IMG/VR virus record: IMGVR_UViG_3300010389_000023
Location: 1-52,592 of that record
Strand: one strand, 5' to 3'
Length of the DNA stretch: 52,592 nucleotides
Source of the DNA: a virus
Taxonomy: Duplodnaviria > Caudoviricetes
Positions 8,901 through 17,570 of this stretch are shown in pieces (position 1 is the first letter of the stretch; every line of letters begins with the position of its first letter). The notes beneath the pieces were generated by a model. It saw nothing but the letters and a program-made list of their open reading frames with translations. It was not told the DNA's origin and searched no databases. Made by a program: the position numbers and the translations under genes.

Positions 8901-11900
8901 TTCGCATTACCACCATATCCATTACCTCCAACTCTTAAGTATTTGCCCCAAGTGCTATTAGGTCCGAATAGGATATTTGCGTTTCCGCTGCCAGTTAAGT
9001 TGCCAGTGAAAGTATCATCAGCATCAGACCTTAAGAACTGAGAGCTATCAATTCCATCAAGTAAATTTGAATCTGCTGCTTTGCCTGAAGTAGATAACTT
9101 ACCATCTAGAGCAGTTTGGAGACCGTCTACATTACTGATGATATGGTTGTGAGAATCATCAGCAACAACAATGGCATTATAAGTTCCACTGACATCTCCA
9201 CCAAAGGTTGTGGATGTATTGAGGTAATAAGAACCTTGTTGTCCATCAAGCAGATCGGCATCTAAACCATTGCCAGTTCCTTCATCAGCAGTAGTAAGAA
9301 CCCTAGAAAGAGTCCCAGTTGTTGTTCCTCCAGCATAAATGTTTCCAAGAACCGAAAAAGAAAGAGATCCCGTAGTTGGAAATTGGCTATTATTTGGAGA
9401 TTGTTTTAATATTAATCCATATCCAGAAATAGGAAGTTCGCCATCAAATTCATTATGCTCTAAGAGAACACCTTGACTATTAGCCGTATCAAATTGAATT
9501 GCTGGATAAGATCCAGTAACGGAATCGGTATCGCTAAGAATTAGTTTTGGAGACGTTTTACTAATAGTAATGTTTCCAGTTGTAGTATCACTAGCATCTG
9601 ATCTTAAGAACTGAGAACTATCAAGACCATCAAGTAAATTAGAATCTGCTGCTTTACCTGAAGTAGATAATTTACCATCTAAAGCAGTTTGTAGACCGTC
9701 AACATTACTAATGATGTGGTTATGAGAATCATCGGCAACTACAATGGCATTATAAGTTCCACTAACATCTCCACCGAAACTTGTGGATGTAGTTAATGCT
9801 GTAGATGCTGGTTGGTAATAAGAACCTTGTTGACCATCAAGTAAGTCAGCATCTAAACCAGATCCAGCACCATCATTACCAGCGTGCCAAACAGTATTTC
9901 CTAAGCATGTTGCCCCACTTTCACTCATAGTAAATAAATTATCTAACCCTACAGCAACACCAGAAGTAACATTAGATTTTCCTTCAAACCAAATAGTTGC
10001 TCCTGTTGTAGAGTCAACATTTGTCTCTATCCTAAATGCATTACCTGTTTTATCTGGGACACCACTACGGTGATTAAATGTTAGATTTGCATTCCCATAA
10101 CCATCATTTGTGGTCATTACCACACCACCACCATCACCTGTGATTCCTATATAAGTGCCTGAGGTAAGAATATTACCTGACCCTGTTAAAGTTCCGCTAA
10201 AACTATCATCAACATCAGATCTTAAGAAGCTGCCGCTATCAATTCCATCCAGAAGATTAGAGTCTGCTGCTTTACCTGAAGTAGATAATTTACCATTTAA
10301 AGCAGTTTGTAGACCGTCAACATTACTAATGATGTGGTTATGAGAATCATCAGCAACAACAATGGCATTATAAGTTCCTGATACATCTCCACCAAATGTA
10401 GTTGATGTAGTTAGTGCGGTGGAAGCAGGTTGGTAATAAGAACCTTGTTGTCCGTCAAGTAAATCAGCATCTAGACCAGATCCAGCACCATCATTACCAG
10501 CGTGCCAAGTAGTATTACCACTAATAGTCGCTGCAACCTGACGCCAAGTCTGTTCTGTACCATTCTCACAAGTTCTAATCCATAGATTACCTGGAGCTCC
10601 ACCTTGAGAATACCTTGGAATGGCCATCTCCATCCAATAATCGCTAACGTCAGATCCTAATCCATATTGATTTCCTAGAGAAAATCTTCCCCTGTACCAT
10701 TGAATGGAACTGGTATTTGGTGCATTTGTAGTTCCATTTAAAAAAGTCCATCCCCAATATGTTGGAGGAACATTAAAATCATTATAGGCAGTGTGACCTT
10801 CCCATTGTCCAAAATTGCCTACAGGGGATCTCCCAAGTTCAGTATAACTTAATCTCGCGTCATTTAGTGTTCCTGCATTAATATTTGATGCATTATGATT
10901 GTGTGAATTATCAGCAACAACAATTGCATTATAAGTTCCTGATACATCACCACCGAATTGAGTAGTAGTTGATAGCTTTGTAGCAAGAGAGTTTGTAACT
11001 GTGGTAGCAAAATTAGGATCGTCTCCCAATGCTGCTGCCAATTCATTTAATGTATCAAGTGTAGTAGGTGCAGAATCTACAAGATTTGCTACCGCAGTTC
11101 CAACAAAAGCAGTGGTGGCAATCTGTGTTGTATTAGTTCCAGCAGCAGCAGTTGGTGCAGTTGGAGTTCCTGTAAGAGCAGGTGATGCTAAAGGTGCTTT
11201 AGCATCTAGTGCTGTTTGAAGTCCATCAACATTGCTAATAATGTGATTGTGAGAATCATCCGCAATCACAATAGCATTATAAGTTCCAGATACATCACCA
11301 CCAAAAGTTGTATTTGTATAGAGACCATTAGTTACAGTGGCAGCATTACCAGTAATATTAATACCCCAAGTTCCTGAAGCATTACCACCAGTTCTTGTAG
11401 GAACATTTAAGAAAGTTCTAATTGCTCCAGTATCACTACATACTCTCAGGTAATTATCCGTTGAGTTATTAGTTCTAAAGACCATACCACCAGAAATGGT
11501 TGATTGATTGGGGTATGTTTGTCTAATTAATCGCGCATAGATATCTCCAGCTCCATCTCTTCCAGCTACAGTATTTGCTGTTGCTGCACTATTAACTAAA
11601 TTTTGTCCATCAAGTAAATCAGCATCTAAACCAGATCCAGATCCATCGTTTCCTGCGTGCCAGACAGTATTGCCATGAACCTGAAGACTAGCCGTTCCAG
11701 TTGTTCTTTGAAAGTTTAAAATAGAACTAGTTGCAGTTACATCAATATACGCTGCTCCGTCGTAGTAAGCATGTCTGAAATTAGAAGTAGCACCAGTATC
11801 TGATACTCCGAACCAATGCAATCTTGAAAAATTTGTTGCATCGTCTCTTGCGTCAGCTCTTTGATAAGCAGCGTCCGAAGAGCTTACTTGCCATCCTTCA

Positions 11901-14900
11901 GCGCCAAGATGCATGGCGGCAACTCCAGAGTTTGTAAAGGTTAACTGTGTTCCTGTATAACTATCAGAAGCATCAGACCTTAAGAACTGAGTACTATCAA
12001 TACCATCAAGTAAATTGGAATCTGCTGCTTTACCTGTAGTAGATAATTTACCATCTAGAGCAGTTTGAAGTCCATCAACATTACTAATAATGTGGTTGTG
12101 TGAGTCATCAGCAACTACGATGGCATTATAAGTTCCAGAAACATCTCCACCAAATGTAGTTGATGTATTGAGGTAATAAGAACCTTGCTGTCCATCGAGT
12201 AAGTCAGCATCTAAACCACTACCAGCACCATCGTTTCCTGCGTGCCAGACTGTGTTTGATCCTACTGTTGGAGTAAACCCAAATCTAAATACACCTGCTT
12301 GAGTAACATCAAAAACAGAATCTGCTCTAATTCCAGATCCACCTGTTAAACCATTACGAAGTAAACCGAAATTATTTGTACCATTTTGCCCAAGATTACC
12401 AATTGCCCAAGTATTTGTACTGCTAGTTAAAGTTGCGCTTGTTCTAAAAAATGCAAGAGCATAACCATTATCTGCGGAAGGATGCACTGCAAGTCCTTCG
12501 GACCAACTACTTCCTCCAGATCTTATTCTTACCGCAGGAGTTGCTGAGGAACCACCTAAGAAGTCAATAACTCCATTAGCAGTATCACTGGCGTTAGACC
12601 TTAAGAAACTTGTGGAATCAAGACCATCAAGTAATTCAGAATCTGCTGCTTTACCTGTAGTAGATAACTTACCATCTAATGCTGTTTGGAGTCCATCAAC
12701 ATTACCGATGATATGGTTATGGGAATCATCAGCAACTACAATGGCATTATAAGTTCCTGATACATCTCCACCGAAACTTGTGGATGTATTGAGGTAATAA
12801 GAACCTTGCTGCCCATCAAGTAAATCTGCATCTAACCCAGACCCAGCGCCATCGTTTCCTGCGTGCCAGACTGTGTTTCCATTTGCTGCAGTTATTGAAC
12901 CATATACATTTAGATTTCCACTGGTTGTAAATTCAAACTGTATGCTACTATTAGTTCCGCCTGTATGGGATTCAAATGAAGGTAGAGAATTGCTAGCATT
13001 TCCCCAAATATAAAGATTGTTGGGGGCATCATGAGCACCAATTCCCCAGAAAACATCATTGTCAACATCATCAAATTGTATCTTGGGATTGTTTGTGCCG
13101 TTTCCAAAACCTAAGTTTAATCTTCCACTATTACTTGCTCCAGAATTAGATCTAATACTCAATCCAGTTGTTGTATTTCCACAGTCAATCGTAACAGTCC
13201 CGTTAATATCTAAGACTCCAGTAAATGTATCACTGGTATCAGACCTTAAGAACTGAGAACTATCGATTCCATCAAGTAAATTAGAATCTGCTGCTTTACC
13301 TGTTGTAGATAATTTACCATCTAAAGCAGTTTGTAGACCGTCTACATTACTGATGATGTGGTTGTGGGAATCGTCAGCAACTACAATTGCATTATAAGTT
13401 CCTGATACATCTCCACCAAATGTTGTGGATGTAGTTAGTGCGGTGGAAGCAGGTTGGTAATAAGAACCTTGCTGTCCATCAAGTAAATCAGCATCTAATC
13501 CAGAACCAGATCCATCATTACCAGCGTGCCATATAGTATAAGTAGTAGCTAAATTTCCACCATATATGTCACTTCCCGTTCTCCAAGATAACCCAGAAAT
13601 TCCTCTTTCAATAGAAAGACCATAGTCTGCAGTTGCCGAAGATCCTGCTGCTCTTTGAGGTCCAACATAAAGATGAATACTTCCATCAGTATTGTCGGAA
13701 CTTAAAGTAATAGCAGACATGCCACTATTACCAGAAGAAGAACTTACATGAAGTTGATCATTATCATGACCTGCACGAATATTAAAATTACCAGCAGCAT
13801 CATTTGATGTAATCATCTTCTGACCTTCATCAAATTTCAATAACACTTCATCATGAGATACTGAAATATATCCAGCAGTTAAGTTAAAAGTTGGAGTATC
13901 TGAAATGTCACTTCCCCCACCAGAGAAAGTATAAGTCCCAGAAGCACTATCATTAGCATCGGACCTTAAGAAACTTGCGGAATCAAGACCATCAAGTAAT
14001 TCAGAATCTGCTGCTTTACCTGTAGTAGATAACTTACCATCTAATGCTGTTTGGAGACCGTCTACATTACCGATGATATGGTTATGAGAATCATCAGCAA
14101 CAACAATGGCATTATAAGTTCCTGATACATCACCACCAAATTGAGTAGTAGTTGATAACTTACTATCCAAAGAAGTTTGAAGTCCATCTATATTACTGAT
14201 GATATGGTTGTGAGAATCATCAGCAACAACAATGGCATTATAAGTTCCACTGACATCTCCACCAAATGTTGTGGATGTAGTTAGTGCTGTAGATGCTGGT
14301 TGGTAATAAGAACCTTGCTGTCCATCAAGTAAGTCAGCATCTAGACCACTTCCAGATCCATCGTTTCCTGCATTCCATACTGTGTTTCCACCAACAGTTA
14401 ATACACTGTTGGTCAGTCTCATCATTTCTGTCGTCCCACCATACCATCTGTGTATAGAAGATGTACCTGGAACAGAATACCAAAGTGTACCGCTGTCAAT
14501 ACCTAATGCATAATCGACATTAGAAGCACTGACTTGAGGATATAAGACTAACTTAGTACCAACACTTCTGGTGGTGGTTGATGGAGCAGCAACACCATTT
14601 GTGGTCCAATCTATTCTATTGCCAGTAGCTCCATTCAGAAAGATTTGACCACCACCATTAGCAGTGCTATTTGCTTTCGTGAATATTATCTGACCACTAG
14701 TAGTATCATTAGCATCAGACCTTAAGAAACTTGTACTATCAATTCCATCGAGTAAATTAGAATCTGCTGCTTTACCTGTTATAGATAACTTACCATCTAA
14801 TGCAGTTTGTAGACCATCTACATTACTAATAATATGGTTATGGGAATCGTCAGCAACCACAATAGCATTGTAAGTACCAGATACATCTCCACCGAATTGA

Positions 14901-17233
14901 GTAGTAGTTGATAACTTACTATCCAAAGCAGTTTGTAGACCGTCTACATTACTGATGATGTGATTGTGGGAATCATCAGCAACTACGATGGCATTATAAG
15001 TTCCTGATACATCTCCACCAAATGTAGTTGATGTATTGAGGTAATAAGCACCTTGCTGTCCATCAAGTAAATCTGCATCTAAACCAGATCCAGCGCCATC
15101 GTTACCAGCGTTCCAAACAACATTTCCTGCGATAGTTACATTATTTACTCCACTACCCGTAACATTAATACCGCCAGTTGTTGCGCCACCACCAAAGATT
15201 CTTGTAATTCCACTATTTCCATTTCCATATCCAAGATACATTCCATCTGCCCAACTGCCACTAGAATTTGTATTTCTAATTACTCGCATTGCAGCATAAT
15301 TATCATTTGTCGCCAAATCAATAGCATTAGTTGCACCAGACAAAGCACCAGTCAGTGTGCCAGTAAAAGTATCAGCAGCATCAGACCTTAAGAAACTTGT
15401 GGAATCAATTCCATCGAGTAAATTAGAATCTGCTGCTTTACCTGTTATAGATAACTTGCCATCTAATGCTGTTTGAAGACCGTCTACGTTACTAATAATA
15501 TGGTTGTGGGAATCGTCAGCAACTACAATTGCATTATAAGTTCCAGAAACATCACCACCAAATGTAGTTGATGTAGTTAGTGCTGTAGATGCTGGTTGAT
15601 AATAAGAACCTTCTTGACCATCAAGCAAATCAGCATCTAGACCACTACCGACACCATCGACAGTTTTAATGGCAGTAAGAATTTCAGATGCAGTTTGATC
15701 TGCAGTTGCACCAGATTCAATGCCATCTAGTTTAGCACCATCAGCAGATAAATCACGACCATCTACAGTTTGAGTACCAGAAAATGTAATGTTACCTGTC
15801 ATCTGACCACCAGACAACGACAACTTTCCATCTAAAGCAGTTTGAAGTCCATCTACATTACTAATAATATGGTTATGAGAATCATCAGCAACTACAATGG
15901 CATTATAAGTTCCAGATACATCTCCACCAAATGTAGTGGAAGTGTTTAAGTAATACGAACCTTCTTGACCATCTAAGGTATCAGCATCTAAACCGTTTCC
16001 AGATCCTTCATCTGCAGTTGTTAACAGTCTATTTGCATTGTAATATGGTGCTTTATTAAATACCCACTTATCTCCGCTAGAAGCATAAGTTAATGTAGCA
16101 CTTGCTCCATCAATAGTAATTCCGCCCCCATCTGCAGCTGCCGCATTAGCAGCACCAGAAGCAAGTACTACATTTTTATCGTCGATGGTAACTGTAGTTG
16201 AATTTACAGTTGTAGTTGTTCCATCAATTTGAAGATCACCTTTAATTACAACAAGACCAGTATTGTCTCCAACTGCTGCTGGATCAATAGTTAATGTTGC
16301 TGGTCCACTGATGGTATCTGTTGAGACATTAATGCCAGTACCAGAAGCACCTGTGGAAAGTATAGTTGCTAATGCAGTTCCATTTACTTCAAGTTTCTGA
16401 GTTGGAGATGTGGTGTTTATACCAACATTACCCGCAAAATAGTTAGTAGAATCTGACCAACCAGAATAAATACCATAATTGTTTGTAATAGTAAGTCCAG
16501 TTGAATTACTTGGTGCAGTTAATTTTAATCCATAGTAGTTTGTGATTGTTGCGTTTAATGTTCCTGCTGATCCGCCTGTTCCCCAGAATGAACTAGTTTC
16601 AAATGCTGAATAATTAGTGATGTTATAGTTATGTGTTCCAGCATAAAAGTTACGGAACGATATGTTTATAAGTTTGCCTCTGGCATTTGTAATATTAATC
16701 GTGTCAGTTCCAGTTACAGACTGACCTATAAAAAGAAAATCTTCTGAATTTGCAGTAGTAACTGTTTGTGTGCCGCCTTCGGGTGGTGATAATGTTAACC
16801 TTTGTGCGTTAAGAGAACTTGATGTTCTTCCATTTGCATTAATACCCGAGTAGACAAAATTATCGTCTATGCTTACATATTGCTTACACGTATTTAAGTC
16901 AGTCCAATTAAAATTTTGGGTTATACCAGCAAAATATAATCTTTCAATATCTGAAGTATTTCCTGCACTTTTTGTGAGAGTATTTGTAATTCCTGATACA
17001 AAATTAAACCCACCTGGAGTTGAAGCATCTATTGTTTGAGATGTTCCCATCTCAATATTTTGATTAAATGCAGCAGCAACATTAAAACTGGCAGTTGTTG
17101 GATATATTTTACTTTCAGTACTAGTTACTGACAATCCACCAACAACATTTAATACGCTGTCTGGTAATTTATCAGTCTTACTTTTAATGCCGACATCAAA
17201 AGTTCTTACTCTATTCGAAAGATATTTTGTCAT
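5966..17233 (-). CDS. Giant modular tail fibre (3755 aa) with C-terminal peptidase S74 intramolecular chaperone
   Basis: C-terminal YSDITLKENI...GVIAQEVEEVLPEAV...YGNMVGLLIEAIKE plus coiled coil (S74/ICA signature); repeated GLDADLLDG, DDSHNH and FLRSD fibre motifs. Confidence 0.92.
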   Translation of the reverse strand: MTKYLSNRVRTFDVGIKSKTDKLPDSVLNVVGGLSVTSTESKIYPTTASFNVAAAFNQNIEMGTSQTIDASTPGGFNFVSGITNTLTKSAGNTSDIERLYFAGITQNFNWTDLNTCKQYVSIDDNFVYSGINANGRTSSSLNAQRLTLSPPEGGTQTVTTANSEDFLFIGQSVTGTDTINITNARGKLINISFRNFYAGTHNYNITNYSAFETSSFWGTGGSAGTLNATITNYYGLKLTAPSNSTGLTITNNYGIYSGWSDSTNYFAGNVGINTTSPTQKLEVNGTALATILSTGASGTGINVSTDTISGPATLTIDPAAVGDNTGLVVIKGDLQIDGTTTTVNSTTVTIDDKNVVLASGAANAAAADGGGITIDGASATLTYASSGDKWVFNKAPYYNANRLLTTADEGSGNGLDADTLDGQEGSYYLNTSTTFGGDVSGTYNAIVVADDSHNHIISNVDGLQTALDGKLSLSGGQMTGNITFSGTQTVDGRDLSADGAKLDGIESGATADQTASEILTAIKTVDGVGSGLDADLLDGQEGSYYQPASTALTTSTTFGGDVSGTYNAIVVADDSHNHIISNVDGLQTALDGKLSITGKAADSNLLDGIDSTSFLRSDAADTFTGTLTGALSGATNAIDLATNDNYAAMRVIRNTNSSGSWADGMYLGYGNGNSGITRIFGGGATTGGINVTGSGVNNVTIAGNVVWNAGNDGAGSGLDADLLDGQQGAYYLNTSTTFGGDVSGTYNAIVVADDSHNHIISNVDGLQTALDSKLSTTTQFGGDVSGTYNAIVVADDSHNHIISNVDGLQTALDGKLSITGKAADSNLLDGIDSTSFLRSDANDTTSGQIIFTKANSTANGGGQIFLNGATGNRIDWTTNGVAAPSTTTRSVGTKLVLYPQVSASNVDYALGIDSGTLWYSVPGTSSIHRWYGGTTEMMRLTNSVLTVGGNTVWNAGNDGSGSGLDADLLDGQQGSYYQPASTALTTSTTFGGDVSGTYNAIVVADDSHNHIISNIDGLQTSLDSKLSTTTQFGGDVSGTYNAIVVADDSHNHIIGNVDGLQTALDGKLSTTGKAADSELLDGLDSASFLRSDANDSASGTYTFSGGGSDISDTPTFNLTAGYISVSHDEVLLKFDEGQKMITSNDAAGNFNIRAGHDNDQLHVSSSSGNSGMSAITLSSDNTDGSIHLYVGPQRAAGSSATADYGLSIERGISGLSWRTGSDIYGGNLATTYTIWHAGNDGSGSGLDADLLDGQQGSYYQPASTALTTSTTFGGDVSGTYNAIVVADDSHNHIISNVDGLQTALDGKLSTTGKAADSNLLDGIDSSQFLRSDTSDTFTGVLDINGTVTIDCGNTTTGLSIRSNSGASNSGRLNLGFGNGTNNPKIQFDDVDNDVFWGIGAHDAPNNLYIWGNASNSLPSFESHTGGTNSSIQFEFTTSGNLNVYGSITAANGNTVWHAGNDGAGSGLDADLLDGQQGSYYLNTSTSFGGDVSGTYNAIVVADDSHNHIIGNVDGLQTALDGKLSTTGKAADSELLDGLDSTSFLRSNASDTANGVIDFLGGSSATPAVRIRSGGSSWSEGLAVHPSADNGYALAFFRTSATLTSSTNTWAIGNLGQNGTNNFGLLRNGLTGGSGIRADSVFDVTQAGVFRFGFTPTVGSNTVWHAGNDGAGSGLDADLLDGQQGSYYLNTSTTFGGDVSGTYNAIVVADDSHNHIISNVDGLQTALDGKLSTTGKAADSNLLDGIDSTQFLRSDASDSYTGTQLTFTNSGVAAMHLGAEGWQVSSSDAAYQRADARDDATNFSRLHWFGVSDTGATSNFRHAYYDGAAYIDVTATSSILNFQRTTGTASLQVHGNTVWHAGNDGSGSGLDADLLDGQNLVNSAATANTVAGRDGAGDIYARLIRQTYPNQSTISGGMVFRTNNSTDNYLRVCSDTGAIRTFLNVPTRTGGNASGTWGINITGNAATVTNGLYTNTTFGGDVSGTYNAIVIADDSHNHIISNVDGLQTALDAKAPLASPALTGTPTAPTAAAGTNTTQIATTAFVGTAVANLVDSAPTTLDTLNELAAALGDDPNFATTVTNSLATKLSTTTQFGGDVSGTYNAIVVADNSHNHNASNINAGTLNDARLSYTELGRSPVGNFGQWEGHTAYNDFNVPPTYWGWTFLNGTTNAPNTSSIQWYRGRFSLGNQYGLGSDVSDYWMEMAIPRYSQGGAPGNLWIRTCENGTEQTWRQVAATISGNTTWHAGNDGAGSGLDADLLDGQQGSYYQPASTALTTSTTFGGDVSGTYNAIVVADDSHNHIISNVDGLQTALNGKLSTSGKAADSNLLDGIDSGSFLRSDVDDSFSGTLTGSGNILTSGTYIGITGDGGGVVMTTNDGYGNANLTFNHRSGVPDKTGNAFRIETNVDSTTGATIWFEGKSNVTSGVAVGLDNLFTMSESGATCLGNTVWHAGNDGAGSGLDADLLDGQQGSYYQPASTALTTSTSFGGDVSGTYNAIVVADDSHNHIISNVDGLQTALDGKLSTSGKAADSNLLDGLDSSQFLRSDASDTTTGNITISKTSPKLILSDTDSVTGSYPAIQFDTANSQGVLLEHNEFDGELPISGYGLILKQSPNNSQFPTTGSLSFSVLGNIYAGGTTTGTLSRVLTTADEGTGNGLDADLLDGQQGSYYLNTSTTFGGDVSGTYNAIVVADDSHNHIISNVDGLQTALDGKLSTSGKAADSNLLDGIDSSQFLRSDADDTFTGNLTGSGNANILFGPNSTWGKYLRVGGNGYGGNANTVSLATTNGNLHMDAATSSAMYLNYYAGTAGVGFGNGASGIVAWMGSDGDLWKGGADNSGSKYWHAGNDGAGSGLDADLLDGYNTATGATANTIALRNGSGDLTVRYGFGTYFNMSHATGTRSSDTIFYSSTDDYIRKNNATGMRSSLNVPTRTGGDASGTWGISITGNASTASTLANSRNIALGGDLSGSANFNGSSNITITATVADDSHNHIISNVDGLQTALDGKLSTTGKAADSNLLDGIDSTGFLQNYYETNINSPDAVSGTWTTASNTSSWGDPKFNNVYDEYRYVDGSGYVQYNIPSGYKSCWISQLQWSSGGYADCYGVQSDGGLVFLRRINTRQTVENTNEGDPDQHDGMSITHVGSGLDHFTAIRILNRVGRLHLTGIAWTKNDNAGYEGTGMVHPAQISYQGAGSGLDADLLDGQQSSYYQPASTALTTSTSFGGDVSGTYNAIVVADDSHNHIISNVDGLQTALDGKLSTTGKAADSDLLDGLNSTQFFRSDAANSVDARLAAGDGRGLRFWDSDSYKIWMSSAVNATWGGRLDSTSDYNMYFRMTGGTNRGFVFKNNTTNVFQIESNGQLRVASNNIYAGNANIVWHAGNDGSGSGLDADTVDGLQVHTGTNNVANRIVRTDGNGYIQAGWINTISGDNGTTAITRVYASQDGYIRYYTPTNFRTVLDVPTRTGGNASGTWGINITGNSATATTLQTARTINGTSFNGSANITITANTSNSVTFNNGGSGGASGSTFNGGSALTVSYNTIGAPSTTGANASGTWGISITGNAATATNAGTLDGVDSSQFLRSDAADQKTSGTLRFNDNIIQTFGTGDDFEMFCNGSNMYFDMNSTGVGSLFMRDGTTTRFTFARSTGDFTATGNVTAYSDITLKENIELIPNALDKLQSLRGITYDRTDLDSDKRHTGVIAQEVEEVLPEAVETNEDGIKSVAYGNMVGLLIEAIKEQQNQINSLKQQITELRK
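6001..6008 (-). promoter_or_regulatory. Possible late promoter (GATAAATA) inside the fibre 3' end
   Basis: 7/8 match about 40 nt upstream of the ATG at 5961. Confidence 0.4.
6540..11405 (-). repeat. Second fibre repeat family (VPTRTGG[ND]ASGTWGI[NS]ITGN), 4 copies
   Basis: Copies near 6545-6595 (partial), 6795-6860, 8395-8455 and 11345-11405; shared DNA core CCCCAAGTTCC[TC]GAAGCAT. Confidence 0.9.
7390..16030 (-). repeat. Dispersed intragenic repeat of about 130-310 nt, 16 copies of the SHNH core
   Basis: SHNH-encoding cores near 7510, 8262, 9145, 9718, 10336, 10897, 11245, 12094, 12715, 13360, 14080, 14206, 14836, 14961, 15502 and 15871; nearly invariant peptide FGGDVSGTYNAIVVADDSHNHIISNVDGLQTALDGKLS. 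Confidence 0.95.
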
Positions 17234-17234
17234 T

Positions 17235-17567
17235 TTAGTTAAGTGTTTCTAAGATAGAGATTACGGCTTTTAGATCTGTACTATCACTCCCAGATAATAC
17301 TAGTTGATCTCCAGTCTCCAAAAATAATTTACCATCAATCAAATTTGTAGCATCATTTGGCGGAATTGGAAACCCACTTACAATTTCAGTGTCAGTTCCA
17401 CTTCTTCTATGTTTTAAAGTTATTGTTCTTAATGTAGACGTGCTAATGTTTGAAATATTCACATACAATACAACTCCAGTATATGCTACGGGTGCTGTGT
17501 AAATAACTGTGTCTGATGTATTTACTGTGGGTGTTACCGTCTGGTAAATATTAATTTTTAATGCCAT
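17235..17567 (-). CDS. Small virion/fibre-associated beta-rich protein
   Basis: 110 aa; IYTAP..YTGVVL...N, GKLFLETGDQL..S....LK..ISILE pattern; tightly coupled between two fibre genes. Confidence 0.75.
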   Translation of the reverse strand: MALKINIYQTVTPTVNTSDTVIYTAPVAYTGVVLYVNISNISTSTLRTITLKHRRSGTDTEIVSGFPIPPNDATNLIDGKLFLETGDQLVLSGSDSTDLKAVISILETLN

Positions 17568-17570
17568 GGG

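Noticed and set aside
7390-16030. Fibre repeats as a CRISPR array, DGR or shufflon
   Set aside because: Repeats are long, in-frame, direct and vary at synonymous sites; no cas, reverse transcriptase, adenine-specific TR/VR pair, invertase or inverted crossover sites in the window.
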